64,000 nucleotides of DNA. Source: Lama glama. Its lineage: Eukaryota. Every line of letters starts with the position of its first letter. Position 1 is the first letter of the stretch. The position numbers were made by a program, and so were the translations under genes. The DNA lies in assembly GCA_028534125.1 (NCBI GenBank), contig CM052817.1, positions 33,296,001-33,360,000 on the forward strand. Direction: 5' to 3'. Below are positions 26,581 to 38,580 of the stretch, in pieces. The notes under the pieces were generated by a model. That model saw only the letters and a list, made by a program, of their open reading frames with translations, had not been told where the DNA came from and made no database searches.

Positions 26581-27216
26581 TACATGAATTTTCAGATATA
26601 TGGTGACTCATGACCAGCCACACCCTCCCTGACCTCTCCTCTTAGATGGGTTCTGGTGAGCATGCGTTGATGGCAGTGCAAATGCCCTTGTGATAATTTA
26701 TTCTCAGGGATTGCATTTATTCGTGTTGAGGCAGAGCCAGGAAACACTGATTTTCCTGTCCCTATTTCAGAAGGAATTTCCGATTCATTCCCCAGGAAGG
26801 AGCAATCTGGAATCACACTTCCAGCCACCTCCCCGGCTCCAGTCTTGCTCTCCCAAAAGGACCAGTAATGACCAGTCTGATCGGTGAGGCAGGGAGAACA
26901 GGTCCTTCCCTGGGTATCGGGCTGCTGCACTGAAAAGCAAGGGCCTCTTTCCCTCTGCCTCTTGGACTTTGTCAGGCAAGACTTGGATGAAGGGAGGCTG
27001 CCTGTGCAGCCTCTGTCTCCCGGTGAAAGGCAGGCCATGTGGGAAGCCAGGCAAGCCGATACAGGTCTCTACTCTCCTGATTCCATTTACTCCCCTCTCA
27101 CTGGTTGGAGGAGTCAGACTCTTGTGGGGATCACAGCCCAGAGAGGACGGCAGGAAGGTCTGCATCGTTCCCCATCCAGCTCCTCAGAAAACAGATGCTA
27201 TGTTAAGTGCCCACTT

Positions 27217-27309
27217 GGAGAGGATAGCTCAATGGTAGAGCACATGCTTAGCATGTGTGAGGTCCTGGGTTCAATCCCCAGTACCTCCTTTAAAAAAAAA
27301 AAAAAAAAA
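27217..27309 (+). mobile_element. Vic-1-type SINE, short form
   Basis: A box tagctcaatggtaga, AGC anticodon-like loop, B box ggttcaatccc, A18 tail. Confidence 0.9.
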
Positions 27310-29202
27310 GATCCTTCTTGCTCTATCCATATTTCTGTCCCCAACCAGAAGGGGCGCTTCTTCCCTGCAACTTCATGAATTTGTGCTGAATTTTAACTTG
27401 TCTCTTACATAAACAAGTTTTCTATACCTATATATAAAATGCATGTGAAAATAAATCTTACACTGAAATTCCAAAGTGTGTCAGTCAGGTGTTTGCCTCA
27501 ACTCCAAAACCAGTGTTAAAAATGAAGTCTTTCTACATCCTAGATTTTTCAACACAACCCAGAAAAACTTCCTTAAGAATTTTCTGCTAAGCGGCTTTGA
27601 GTCCACACAAACAAGCGCACACAGCCAGGCACCCTATCTCCAGTCCAGTGATTCCTGCTCTACACCTTTGTCATCTACATAACAACAGTTTTATAATGCT
27701 TCGCTCACAAATAAGTGTCATATCCTTGAAGGGAACAGGCCTAGAAGGATGTACAGGGCTTGCTCGAAACCACGCGAGTCTTGGAGATGGGCGTACGAAT
27801 CAGATATGCAGTTCTCAAACCTGCACGCTAGAAATCCCAAATTACTTGGCAGTGGCTCCAGTTTCTCCTAACTGGCTCCTGAGAAAACTGCAGTCCCTGG
27901 GGAAAGACTGTCCTTTTCATATTTATACACATTAGGTGCCCCAGATTCCCATCTTCAAGGGAATTTTTGGGCAACGGTTGGGGAATAAGGGTAAATAAAA
28001 GGAGTTGTGACATCAAGAAAAATTCAACTTGATAGCAATGTCTCTAAGTTTTTAATCAGAGGAGGAAGAACATATAGATTTAAAGTCTTCCACTAAGTCA
28101 CAAACACTAGAAATTCTGAGCAATTTGCTTATGATCCCCAGGGGTTAGGAAGATGTCATCTTCACACATATATTTATTTCATGCTTTTTTTTTTTTAAGT
28201 TAGGGGTATTTCCCCTTGAGGTGAAACTAACTTTTTCAGGGCTCTGAGAAATGCCATGGATTAAATATTGTACATTCTGGGACAGTCATAGAGAAGAGAA
28301 CCCAACTACAATCTATCAGGTAAAAGTGATCATCTCCTCTAGAATTTTGTTTACAGCCCTGAGGACACTGTCAATACTTAATAAATAAGAAATAAAAATA
28401 GTAATAATAAATGTTATGGATGAAAATAACAATGTCAGGGGACTCAGGTTTCTTACAATCTGGAAAGAAATTCACAGAGTTATCTTAGACTTTAGGGGAA
28501 AAAAAGATTCTATGACACCTCTATTTTCAGGGGACAAAAGGCTTTAGATTCCTCATTTTGAAAAGACTCGGTCATTTGCACTGATCAATTAATTGGGTCG
28601 GTTGATTTTTAAAACCACATTGCAATGTAAAAAGCTGTTAGAAAACAGATAGGAGCACTGTGTTTTTAAACGTGGAGCTCTCGAAACTGGTTCAGACAGC
28701 TGGACACCATTTTGTGTTTGCTTTTTCAAACAGATTCTTAGTGTTCTAAAGTAGATCCAGCTGTATGTACTAATTGCATTTCACTGACTAGGTTAGATGT
28801 CTTTTTGGGAAAATCTCATTTCAAAGGAAAATGGATGCTTAAATCTCATTGTAGTTGCCTTATTAGCGCAGTCTCAATGCGATACTTGGTTGGAGAGCAT
28901 TTGTCTTGGTCCAACAAGCCTGTGCTGATGCTCTGGGGCGTGTGGTACAGTTACTCGGACTGAAATATCCAGAGCAATCGTGCCAGATGGCCTCTGAAGA
29001 CTCTCGTGCATGGAGTTGTACCTCCTTCCCGGCCAAGTTGCTCATATTCATGTGTACATACAAATGCTTTGAAACATCAAGAGAAATTTTTTTTTGTTTA
29101 AAAAATTGTAGAAGCAAAACATTCTTACTGAAAAAACTCAAACAAGTGTGAAAGGAAAAGGGTTTCCAGCAAAAAGTATAAGTCTGCCTGCCTCTTAATG
29201 CC

Positions 29203-29247
29203 CAACAACAACAACACACACACAAACACACACACACACACACACAC
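29203..29247. repeat. (CAA)n/(CA)n microsatellite running into gap
   Basis: Direct reading. Confidence 0.9.
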
Positions 29248-29747
29248 NNNNNNNNNNNNNNNNNNNNNNNNNNNNNNNNNNNNNNNNNNNNNNNNNNNNN
29301 NNNNNNNNNNNNNNNNNNNNNNNNNNNNNNNNNNNNNNNNNNNNNNNNNNNNNNNNNNNNNNNNNNNNNNNNNNNNNNNNNNNNNNNNNNNNNNNNNNNN
29401 NNNNNNNNNNNNNNNNNNNNNNNNNNNNNNNNNNNNNNNNNNNNNNNNNNNNNNNNNNNNNNNNNNNNNNNNNNNNNNNNNNNNNNNNNNNNNNNNNNNN
29501 NNNNNNNNNNNNNNNNNNNNNNNNNNNNNNNNNNNNNNNNNNNNNNNNNNNNNNNNNNNNNNNNNNNNNNNNNNNNNNNNNNNNNNNNNNNNNNNNNNNN
29601 NNNNNNNNNNNNNNNNNNNNNNNNNNNNNNNNNNNNNNNNNNNNNNNNNNNNNNNNNNNNNNNNNNNNNNNNNNNNNNNNNNNNNNNNNNNNNNNNNNNN
29701 NNNNNNNNNNNNNNNNNNNNNNNNNNNNNNNNNNNNNNNNNNNNNNN
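29248..29747. other. Assembly gap (500 N)
   Basis: Run of N. Confidence 1.
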
Positions 29748-29789
29748 AAAAAAACTAAAAAAAACTGGAATCAAAAAAGAAAAAAGAAA

Positions 29790-30116
29790 CAAACAAAATG
29801 TCCATCAACTACTGAATCCAGGAATAAATTCTGGTGTGCCCATACAATGGAATACTACTCAGAAAGCAAAAGGAATGGAATATTAATATATAAAATAATA
29901 TAGATGAATCTTAAAATTGTGATCAGTGAAAAAAGCCAGATAAATCTCACCTCAAGGAGAAAATGTTTTTTCTTTTCTTTTTATTATATTTATATGAGAT
30001 GGTTAATGTTATCTGAACCTATTGTGGGAATCCTTTCACAATATATGGAAATCAAACCATCATGCTACACCTTAAACTGACACAGTGATGGATACCAATT
30101 ATTTCTCAAAAAAAAA
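29790..30116 (+). mobile_element. Ancient L1 3' fragments (L1M, with L1MC1-like end)
   Basis: aaatgtccatcaact...ccatacaatggaatactactcag; atcaaaccatcatgctacaccttaaactgacacagtg. Confidence 0.75.
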
Positions 30117-31007
30117 TGGAAGGAAAAAAAGTAATGCAATGTGATCTTGCCTACCAGGAGTTCAAGGTCTCGTGGAGGAGGTGGAGAAGATAAACAGTGG
30201 TGGTGCAGAATGTTAAGGGCAGCGATACACGTCATCACAGGCTCTGAAAGTGCATAGTGGAGCCCTGACTTGGTCTTTGTGAGAGGTGCTGGTGGTGTGT
30301 GAGTGTGCCTGCCTCTGCACTCACACAGGGAGGGGGGCTGAGGATGTGCAGAGGCTTCCCAAGGGGATTGTAGAGGCCACTTACTTCCTTCTCTTGATGC
30401 TTCCTTGCAGGTGGACACCTTCACTAGAGCCCCACTCCTGCACTCCTGCCATCCCTTTACGTATCTTTCTCATGGGGAGAGGGATGCCTTATCTGATCAG
30501 TGAGTTCCGGAGAGGGAACTGGGACAGAGTGACTCAGTCATTCCCTGGTGGGGACCATTCCTTCTGCTCGCCTATGCTGTAAACTTTACAGAGGCAGGCT
30601 TTTGCCAGGAATTTACTGCTTGTAACCGGGTAAGTTCAGCACAGAGGGAGGAATTGGAAAGCCACTTGGCTAATATATTTAAAGCCACACTCACTATCCC
30701 AGCTTTTATCAGCACTGTCATTTTGATCTCCATTTGCCTGATCAGACTCCCTCAAACCCCAGCATAGGTAATGCTTATGTGGAGACTGGGTAGACATGGA
30801 GAAGTGTGCAGCAGGGGTGAATGCACCACTCTGGCTGGGCTGAGAGTCATCTTCACTCCACATGCTGAATGTGACCAGATGACTTTGAACTCTAGAGAGA
30901 GAAGAGACATTTTCAGGGACTTTCTTTGCCTCTTCCCCTGCTTTAGAGCTTCCTGTTGCAGGATAAAAGAAGCAAATCTGGACTGCCCTTCCTTAAGAGT
31001 CTGTAGC

Positions 31008-31023
31008 AGTTCAACAAAGGTCA
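31008..31023 (+). promoter_or_regulatory. Perfect DR4 nuclear receptor element AGTTCA-acaa-AGGTCA
   Basis: Two RGKTCA half-sites spaced by 4 nt in non-repeat DNA; motif only, function untested. Confidence 0.35.
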
Positions 31024-32346
31024 TGAATGGCCTTTGGTCTAAGCCTGGAACTCCCACTGATGTCCCAGACTGGCCTCTTGGGAGAGCTGCCTGCCTTCCT
31101 CTCAGTCTGCCTTTATTTTGAAAGGGCCCCTTTGGTGAATGTGTTTTGGCTTGCTTTTCTGGAACACCTTTGCCCTGTTGTTTCTCATGCTTGTTGACTT
31201 CCTGTGGAGCTGAACTTGGGATCATATTTGTTCCTAGAAGAAAATGCTGTTTCCATATTAGCCTGTACCTCTTGGAAGGCCCGTCAGGATCACTGCCCCG
31301 TTTCTCAGATGACAAGTTACTGATATGCAAAGAGAGAGCCAAGGTGATGGAGCACCCAAAAAGCACTGGCAAAACCAGAAGATCCCACTCATACACCCCT
31401 GAGTAGTCTCCCATCAGACGATGCCGTTTCCTCATTGAGTCTATCAACTGCTTCCTCAATTGTTAACTGGATGGTTCCTTTTTTTGTAGGTTTTATGACA
31501 CCGATAGCCTCAGAGTGACTAATAGCCCAGTAGAGGGAGCTGTGTTCAACAAGCTGAATGTAAGATGCTTGCCATTAGCCAAGCAGGTGGTCCCTGTGTA
31601 TACTTCGGTACTTCCATTTATCAATAGGTGGTTGCCTAATCAAAAGCTCTGAGCCAGAGCAAAGCTTTTGCAAGGTGGTGTCTTGGGGTTTGTGGCCTTC
31701 TCAGGATTGGGCATCTTGCTTCCATCAGCAGAGCTTGGTTTTGGCTCAGCTTGACAGCTGCCACAGGCTTGCAGATTCCAGAGGCGGGGGGCCTGGCTCC
31801 AGTGTAGTGAGGGAGATGCGTGATTCCGCTGACCATGCACTCACACACCGGGCAGGGCCGCTCATGTTCACGGTCTCTGGAGATAGATCCTGTGTCAGAG
31901 AAACCTATAACTTAGGAAGTTTGTTAGCAACTGGTTTTGAGGGCAGCAACTGGGAAGGAGATGCAGTAATAGGGGAATCTTGCAGAAATGTTTGGAGCTG
32001 GTGTTCACCTAACCCATTAGCTCCTTGCAGGGCCTCAGACTGGGCTAAATTCAAATGCTGGGTGGCTGTTGATAAAGACTTTTATTAATAAATCTCTGTG
32101 ACCAAGATCATTATGAAATTGGAAAATATCAAGCAAAAGCAATATTGTCCGTGTGTGTTTGGATTTGCGTGAAAACAGGAATTATTAAAATTGATTACAG
32201 GTCATAAAGGGTAACAATGGCAGAGACAGGAAAGCTGGCAACATGAGCATCTTTGAGCAATCACAGTTGCTCACGGTATTTTTAACAAGCAAACCCATTG
32301 AGAAATAAGAAAGAAACAAGATGGCACAAGGGGAGACTTGACCATG

Positions 32347-32675
32347 TGTATTGGTTTGCTCAGGCTGCCATAACAAAATCTCACAGACTAAGTGGTTCAA
32401 AAAATGGAAATTTATTGCCTACAGTTCTGGAAGCTGGAAGTCCAAGCTGAAGGTATTGACAAGGTTGGCTTCTCCCCTTGGCTTGCAGATGGCTGCCCTC
32501 TTTCTGCCTCTTAATGAGGTTGCCCCCGCTATGCACTAGCACCCCTGGTCTGCTTTTCTTCCTATGAGGACACCAGTCACATTGGATTAAGACTCACTCT
32601 AATGCTCTCACTTAAACTAACCGCCTCTTTAGAGAACTTATGAATTTTAAGGGGGACACAATTCAGCCCCTCACA
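32347..32675 (-). mobile_element. MLT1A/B-like MaLR solo LTR
   Basis: tgtattggtttgctcaggctgccataacaaa...ggggacacaattcagcccctcaca; 5-bp TSD ccatg at 32342-32346 and 32676-32680. Confidence 0.9.
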
Positions 32676-32711
32676 CCATGAAAGTCCAGAACAAAAAATT
32701 GCACCAATTTA

Positions 32712-33101
32712 CTGTAAGTAATGCTAGTTGTTGTAGCAGATAAATCCTGAAGTCTTAGGGCTTAACACAATAAAAAATTAATTTTCATTCACATCCATGT
32801 CTATTTCAGTCAATTAGAGGCTATAGGGTAGCTGGACAAAGGGCAGTCATTTAGGGACCTAGCAACCATCTTCAACACATGCAAAGGACATTTTAGGCTG
32901 AGAAATTAGGAGGAAAGTGTGGAGAAGGCATGCAACTCTCAGTGACCTTGGCCCAGAAATGATACATCACTTCCACTTACACTCCATCTGCAAGAGCTAG
33001 TCTTACTCTCCCACATGGATGAAAGGGCCTAGGAGATGTAGTTTGTGTCTAAGCCTAGAAAAGGAAGCAGGTTGGGTGATCATCTAGTCAGTTGCTGCCA
33101 T
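32712..33101 (-). mobile_element. Old MLT1 (J/K/L-like) MaLR LTR
   Basis: ggcttaacacaataaaaa...ggcccagaaatgatacatcacttccactt...ctagtcagttgctgccata. Confidence 0.65.
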
Positions 33102-33835
33102 AGGAATGAAATAAGCCAGTCTTAGGTCTAAAGATGGGCCAGTTGTTCTGGGGACTGGTGACCAGGTACTAGAGAGAGAGTCAAGCAAACATACAGAGGA
33201 CAGAGGCACTAAGGGATCCTTGAGGTTCCCAAGGCCATGATGAATCTTGGTCTTGAGAAGCGCTCCCCAACCTTATTCATGTCCTGGCACACACAGAAAA
33301 TGATCTTTCTTGTACTGAGACTACAGATGAGGCTATTTGAGGCCAGAGGCTCCAGCCACTCCAGGTGGCCACCTGGCCACTGGGAAGGCTGAGGACCATA
33401 TATGGTGGCCTGATTGCAACACAGTAGTGTGCAGTCACCAATGAGGGGGACAGCTGTGGTTTAGAGAACAAAGCAGGTGACATGTAGACCAGATGTGTAT
33501 TCTGGGCAGACCAGAACCTACTGCTGCCATGGTAGGATAAAACCCACAAGAGGGGAACCAGGGGCTGTAAGACCCAGGGGAAGCAGAACTGTCCTGAGGG
33601 CTCTACGGGATGATAAAGTGCTGGGACCACAGGCTCCCCTTCATCTGGAAGCCACATTCAGAGTGGCAGGGTCCCTCCTTGTGAGCAGGGCTAGTGCTAG
33701 TGAGTTGGACTATCAATTATGTTATGTTTGTAGCAACATTTCCTTCTCTCTCCTGAAGTAATTCACTGGGGGAGAATTACAAAAGAAACCCAAACACAGA
33801 CATTAATATCCACCAGAAAACACAACGAAGGGCAA

Positions 33836-34925
33836 TGGTACAGAATAGAGAGCCTAGAAATTAACCCATGCATATGTGGTCAATTAATTTATTACAGAAG
33901 AGCCAAGAATATACAATGGGCAAAGGACAGTCTCCTCAATAAATGGTGTTGGGAAAACTGGACAGCCACGTGCAAAGCAATGAAACTGGACCCCAACTTA
34001 CACCATACATAAAAGTCAACTCAAAAAGGATTAAAGACCTGGTCATAAGACCTGAAAACATAAAACTCCTAGGAAACAACATAGCGGGTAACTCCTTGAC
34101 ATCAGTCTTGGCAATGATTTTTTGGATTTGACACTGAAAGCAAAGGCAACGAAAGTGAAAAATAAACAGGGGGAATGACATCAAACTAAAAAGCTTCTGC
34201 CCAGCAAAGGAAACCATCCACAAAATGAAAAGGCAACTGCTGAATGGGAGAAAATAGTGCAAATCATCTATCTGATAACATATCCAAAATATGTTAAGAA
34301 CTCATACTACTAAATAGCATAAAAGCCATCCAGTTTAAAATGGTCAGAGGAACTGAACAGACATTTTTCTAGAGAAGACAGACAGATGGCCAATAGGTAT
34401 ATGGAAAAGATGCTCAACATCACTAATTAGGAAAATCAAAATCAAAATCAAAATGAGTTGTCACCTCACACCTATGAGAATGGCTGTCACCAGAAAGACA
34501 AGAGAGAGTGTTGGCGAGGATGTGGAGAAAAGGGAACCCTTGTGTACTGTTGGTGGGAATGTAAAATGCTGCAGCCACTATGTAAAACAGTTTGGAAGTT
34601 CCTCAAAAAAATTAAAAATATAATTACCATATAATCCAGCAATTCCAAGTCTGGGTATATATTTAAAAGGAATGAAAATAGATTATCAAAGAGATATCTA
34701 TGCTTTCATGTTCATTGCAGCACTATTTACAATAGTCAAGATATTGTGCCCATTGATGGATGAGTGGATAAAGAAAAAAAAAGGATTATTAACATGTGAG
34801 GTGATGGATAGGTTAACCAGACAGGGAGAATCCTTTCACAACACATATTAAATCATCATCATGTACACAAATATCTTACAGTTTTATTTGTTAATAATAC
34901 CTCAATAAAGTTGAAATTAAAAAAA
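33836..34925 (+). mobile_element. L1 (L1MA-like) ORF2 3' fragment and 3' end
   Basis: caataaatggtgttgggaaaactggacagccac, aaactaaaaagcttctgc, gaggatgtggagaaaagggaaccc, tacctcaataaagttg plus A-tail. Confidence 0.9.
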
Positions 34926-35047
34926 AGAAAGAAAGAAAAGCGCCATGAAGGAGAAGAAAACAGAACATGGGTTCAGTGTTAAAAAATTTATACATGCTGT
35001 CTTTGGTTTGATTTAAATCACCTCCACTTTCAATTATTAAATATTCA

Positions 35048-35216
35048 GGGGGTGGGTATAGCTCAAGTGGTAGAGCACATGCTTAGCATACACAAGGTCC
35101 TAGGTTCAATCCCCAGTACCTCCTCTAAAAATAAATAAATACGTAAAATGAATTACTGACCCCCACAACAAAAAAAAACAATAAATTTTAAAAAAGAAAA
35201 AAAGCAAACAAAAAAA
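35048..35216 (+). mobile_element. Vic-1-type SINE, long form with AT-rich tail
   Basis: gggggtgggtatagctcaagtggtagagcacatgcttagcatacacaaggtcctaggttcaatccccagtacctcc; imperfect TSD taaatattcag / taaacatttag. Confidence 0.9.
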
Positions 35217-36168
35217 TAAACATTTAGCTTCATCTATTAAAAATTCAGCTGATGCTTGAGAAAATGGGGAAATGCAGGTAAATCATATCATGGCAGAGAG
35301 GCTGGAGGCTAATTAAAAAGGTCATATGCTTTTAATGGATCCCCCACTGAAGGAAATAAATTTGTATCCCTGTGATTATTGTAGCATGAGAGAATCTTTG
35401 CAATATTGTCAACTCTGGACATCTTAGGTTACAAATGTCAGGTAGCACTTAAAAGTAATTTTCAGTGCACTTGCAGATTAAACGGCGTTTTTTTCCCTAA
35501 AAACCAGCTCTTTCACAGAAATTATTCCGGCTTCCCACGAACTTATGAAAAATAAATTGGAGAAATCTTTTATTAAGATTTTCAAAGCAAACAAATAGCT
35601 TTCAGGATAATATCCAAATCCTTTGTCATTTCCTTTCTCCATTTTCACCAAATATGGGACCGTTTAACCACACAGGAAGAAGTTGGCGGATTTGGAAAGT
35701 TGCTGAATTCTCTTATTTGAATCAATCCACATTAAACACTAGCTGTTGTTTTATTAGCAAGTAAAGGATAAACATAACTTAATGCTGAGTGGAATAGGGA
35801 AAAGAAATTCCTCTTAGCCCAGAGTTCCTGGAACAAACGAATGATTCCAACAGAAACCTGAGGAGAGAGGATTTCCTGAGACTGGATCAGATCAAACCAT
35901 CCACGATATCAAACCTCTGACGCCCACAAAAATCCACCCTCAAAGAATCACTGATTCCTGAGCTCTGTGCACTCCTGGGGGTGCATGAGACAATTTTAGG
36001 AGGTATAAAGATGAACAATTTAATTTTACCATTAATGTATTTAAATTAATGTGCATTAGAAAAAAATATCCGGCACGATTAAACCATGATTCCATCAATA
36101 ATATTACCTAGAATAAAAGTAGAGCAAAATTTTAAATTATAAGGGAGGCAATTAAAATTTGTTAAGCA

Positions 36169-36720
36169 CAATTGATCCTCATTATTTATGGATTCTGAAT
36201 TCGCTTACCTGCTAAAATTTGTGACCCCAAAGCCAATACTTACAGTGCTTCCTCGATCATCTGCAGACGTGCCGAGGGGCCGAAAAACAGGCAAGTTCTC
36301 AGCTGAGGTTGAACGAGGTGGCACCTTGCCTTCTCTTCTCAGCTCCCGTACTGTAAACAAGTGTCCTTTCCGAGGTCTATCCAGTGTCACATTTTTGTGC
36401 TTCTTGTTGGAGACTGTGCTGTTTAAAATGGCCCCCGGGCGCAGTTCTGAAGCGTGGTCTCGAAGGCTGTGCCGGGCCTGACGGAGAAAACACATGCATT
36501 AGATCAGCTTTGCCCAGGCCTGAACTGTAGTGCTGTTGACCATGAGTTCAACATTGATGAATCAATAATATGTATTTTAAAAGGTGTCTTTAAAAGGAAG
36601 CACACTTCAAACAAGGTTATGTATCGATCTGTTGATGAATATGTTGTGATCAGAGGCTCACAGGAATCCAAGCCCTGTATTTCCGCAGGAGCCATGTTTC
36701 ACTATTGGCTAATTCAGGGC
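36169..36720 (+). mobile_element. MER82 (TcMar-Tigger), second copy, CpG-rich
   Basis: Colinear with 10252-10833 (gatcctcattatt, cagctgaggt, ctgtaaacaagtgtcc, gtttaaaatggccccc, gagttcaa, ccctgtattt). Confidence 0.85.
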
Positions 36721-36734
36721 TAACTGGGAATAGT

Positions 36735-37040
36735 AGTAGACGTGGTTGTGGCAGAGGCGCCACCCAGGTCGCCCTCTGAGGAAGGCCTTGCTGCCCAGCT
36801 GCCGGGAGGATGGTCAACAGACCTCCTTCGGCGAGTGGCTCCTCTAGGACCCGCCTCAGCTGCAGAGAGGCCGGCTGCTGCCAGAGGTCGTGCCCCTCCG
36901 CGTGGGCTGAGGCTTCATCGGCTTGCATTGCCCTTGCCTTTTCCCGCACCCCCCTGTCTTCACAGCTGCTGATCTCTAGTACACGTCTTATATCCCAGTC
37001 TTCACTTCAGCTTGTTTCTGAAAAGCCCAACCTACTATGA
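36735..37040 (+). mobile_element. LTR16B/C-like ERVL solo LTR (internally deleted)
   Basis: gccacccaggtcgccctc, cccagctgccgggag, gaggtcgtgcccctcc, gctgaggcttc, cttgtttctgaaaagcccaacct. Confidence 0.65.
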
Positions 37041-37065
37041 TGGTTCACAAATTTGGCAAAGTATC

Positions 37066-37702
37066 CGTTACTGAACCAAAGTTACCAAAGTAAACTTGGG
37101 TCCGCTAGCCCTCAGGCAGTGAAGCCAATCTACTGCCACCAGGTGGTGCTGAAGGGAAGTGCAGCGCTTACTGCAGGGCGCCAAGCAAGAAGTCCAGGCA
37201 GCGAGGGCTTAAAAAGACCCGAACTCCCCATGGCTTTCAGGGAAAGGGTTTTAAAGACAGGATGAGGGAGGGGGATTGTGAGGTGCATGATCAGCTCATA
37301 GACATTCTTCTGACTGGTTGGTGGTGGGGGAGTTGGGTGTCAACATCATCAACCTGGTTCCAACTGGTCTGGGGTCTATGTGCTTGTGGGCAGCGGATAG
37401 TTAACTTCTTCCACCTGGTGGGGGTTTTAGTGTCTGCAAAGCAGCTCGAAGGACATGGCTCAGGATATTATCTACAGCTCTTGAGGAGGAACTAAAAGAT
37501 CCTTGACTTTGTTGAATGGCTAAAGTATTATTATTTTTTCTTGCTTGGCTGTTTTCCTTTGTGCATTTTCTCACTTCTCTGATTAAACAGATTATTTGGG
37601 ACTTGGGACAACCTAGGAGGCTAAAGTTTTTCTACATGGAGAACATGGAGGTGGGGTGGAGGTCTATCCTGGGAAAGCCTGATAGGGTTCTGCTCGGTTA
37701 CA
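37066..37702 (-). mobile_element. ERV1-class solo LTR (MER34/LTR39-like group)
   Basis: (c)gttactgaacc...ctgctcggttaca termini; related to LTR at 49760 (cccgaac, ctgactggt, tccacctgg, ctgctc). Confidence 0.85.
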
Positions 37703-38364
37703 TCTACATCTAGAGAAACACTTTGCTAAGACCCTCCCTTCTCCTGCCCTCTACAGATACCAGCCCATTTGCTTTTATCTTTCTGGTCCTGGACTCTTGA
37801 TCCAAATGCAAACTCGGCCTAAGGCTGTGAAGTCTGGGTTCTGGTCAAGGACTTATTTGAAGAGATGAGAGGGGAAGGGTGGGGTCTGAAATCCAACTTG
37901 AGCTCCCTGCACCAAATCATGGGTCCTCGTGAGGGGAGGTGTTGTCTGGGAGAAGGGGTGCCTGTCCCTAACTGGGTGGCAGTGGCCAAGGCTGTCTCCA
38001 GGACTCCACCCTCATGGCCTGCACCTTTCCTCTCCCCACTCCTGCTCTCTGAAGGGAGGCCTTCACCTCTTGCCTCATCATCTTCCATTGTTTGGGCTCC
38101 TTCCTGGGGCCCAACCTTTAATTCCTTCCTCCTGAAAGAGGAAGAGATCACATGAGCCGAAGAGAAAAACACTTCAATTTCCAACCCTTCTGAAAGCTTT
38201 TCCCTTTGAGATTCGGTGCTCATACCAGAAAGCACCCATTAGAACAGCTCACATTTTTATTCCCTCCCAGCCTCTGTAAATCATGTGTGTTCTGCAGGCT
38301 AAAATGGAGACGGTGTAACCTCTCAGTGGGAGGTACTTCCAAATATCCGAGAGAAATTTATAAA

Positions 38365-38580
38365 AACAATAGCCAATGTTTATCAGGACTTACTATATGT
38401 CAAACACTCTGCTGAGTGTTTTACATATTTTATCTCATTTAATCCCCCTAATACCCTTAAGAGGTTGGTATTAATATCCTCATTTAATAAGGGAGGAAAC
38501 ACAGGCTTAGAGAGGTTAAGTAATTTGCCTCCACCTAGGAACCAGCGGACTAGGGTTTCAGAGGCACTTTTGTCTGACTA
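38365..38580 (-). mobile_element. MIR
   Basis: gaggaaacacaggcttagagaggttaagtaatttgcc. Confidence 0.8.

Noticed and set aside
27217..27309. tRNA-Ala(AGC)-like genes here and at 2292 and 35048
   Set aside because: A-tails, TSDs (where visible) and poor acceptor-stem pairing show they are SINEs, not tRNA genes.
10252..36720. 550-bp similarity between 10.3k and 36.2k as a segmental duplication
   Set aside because: Similarity is confined to the MER82 boundaries, so these are independent transposon copies.
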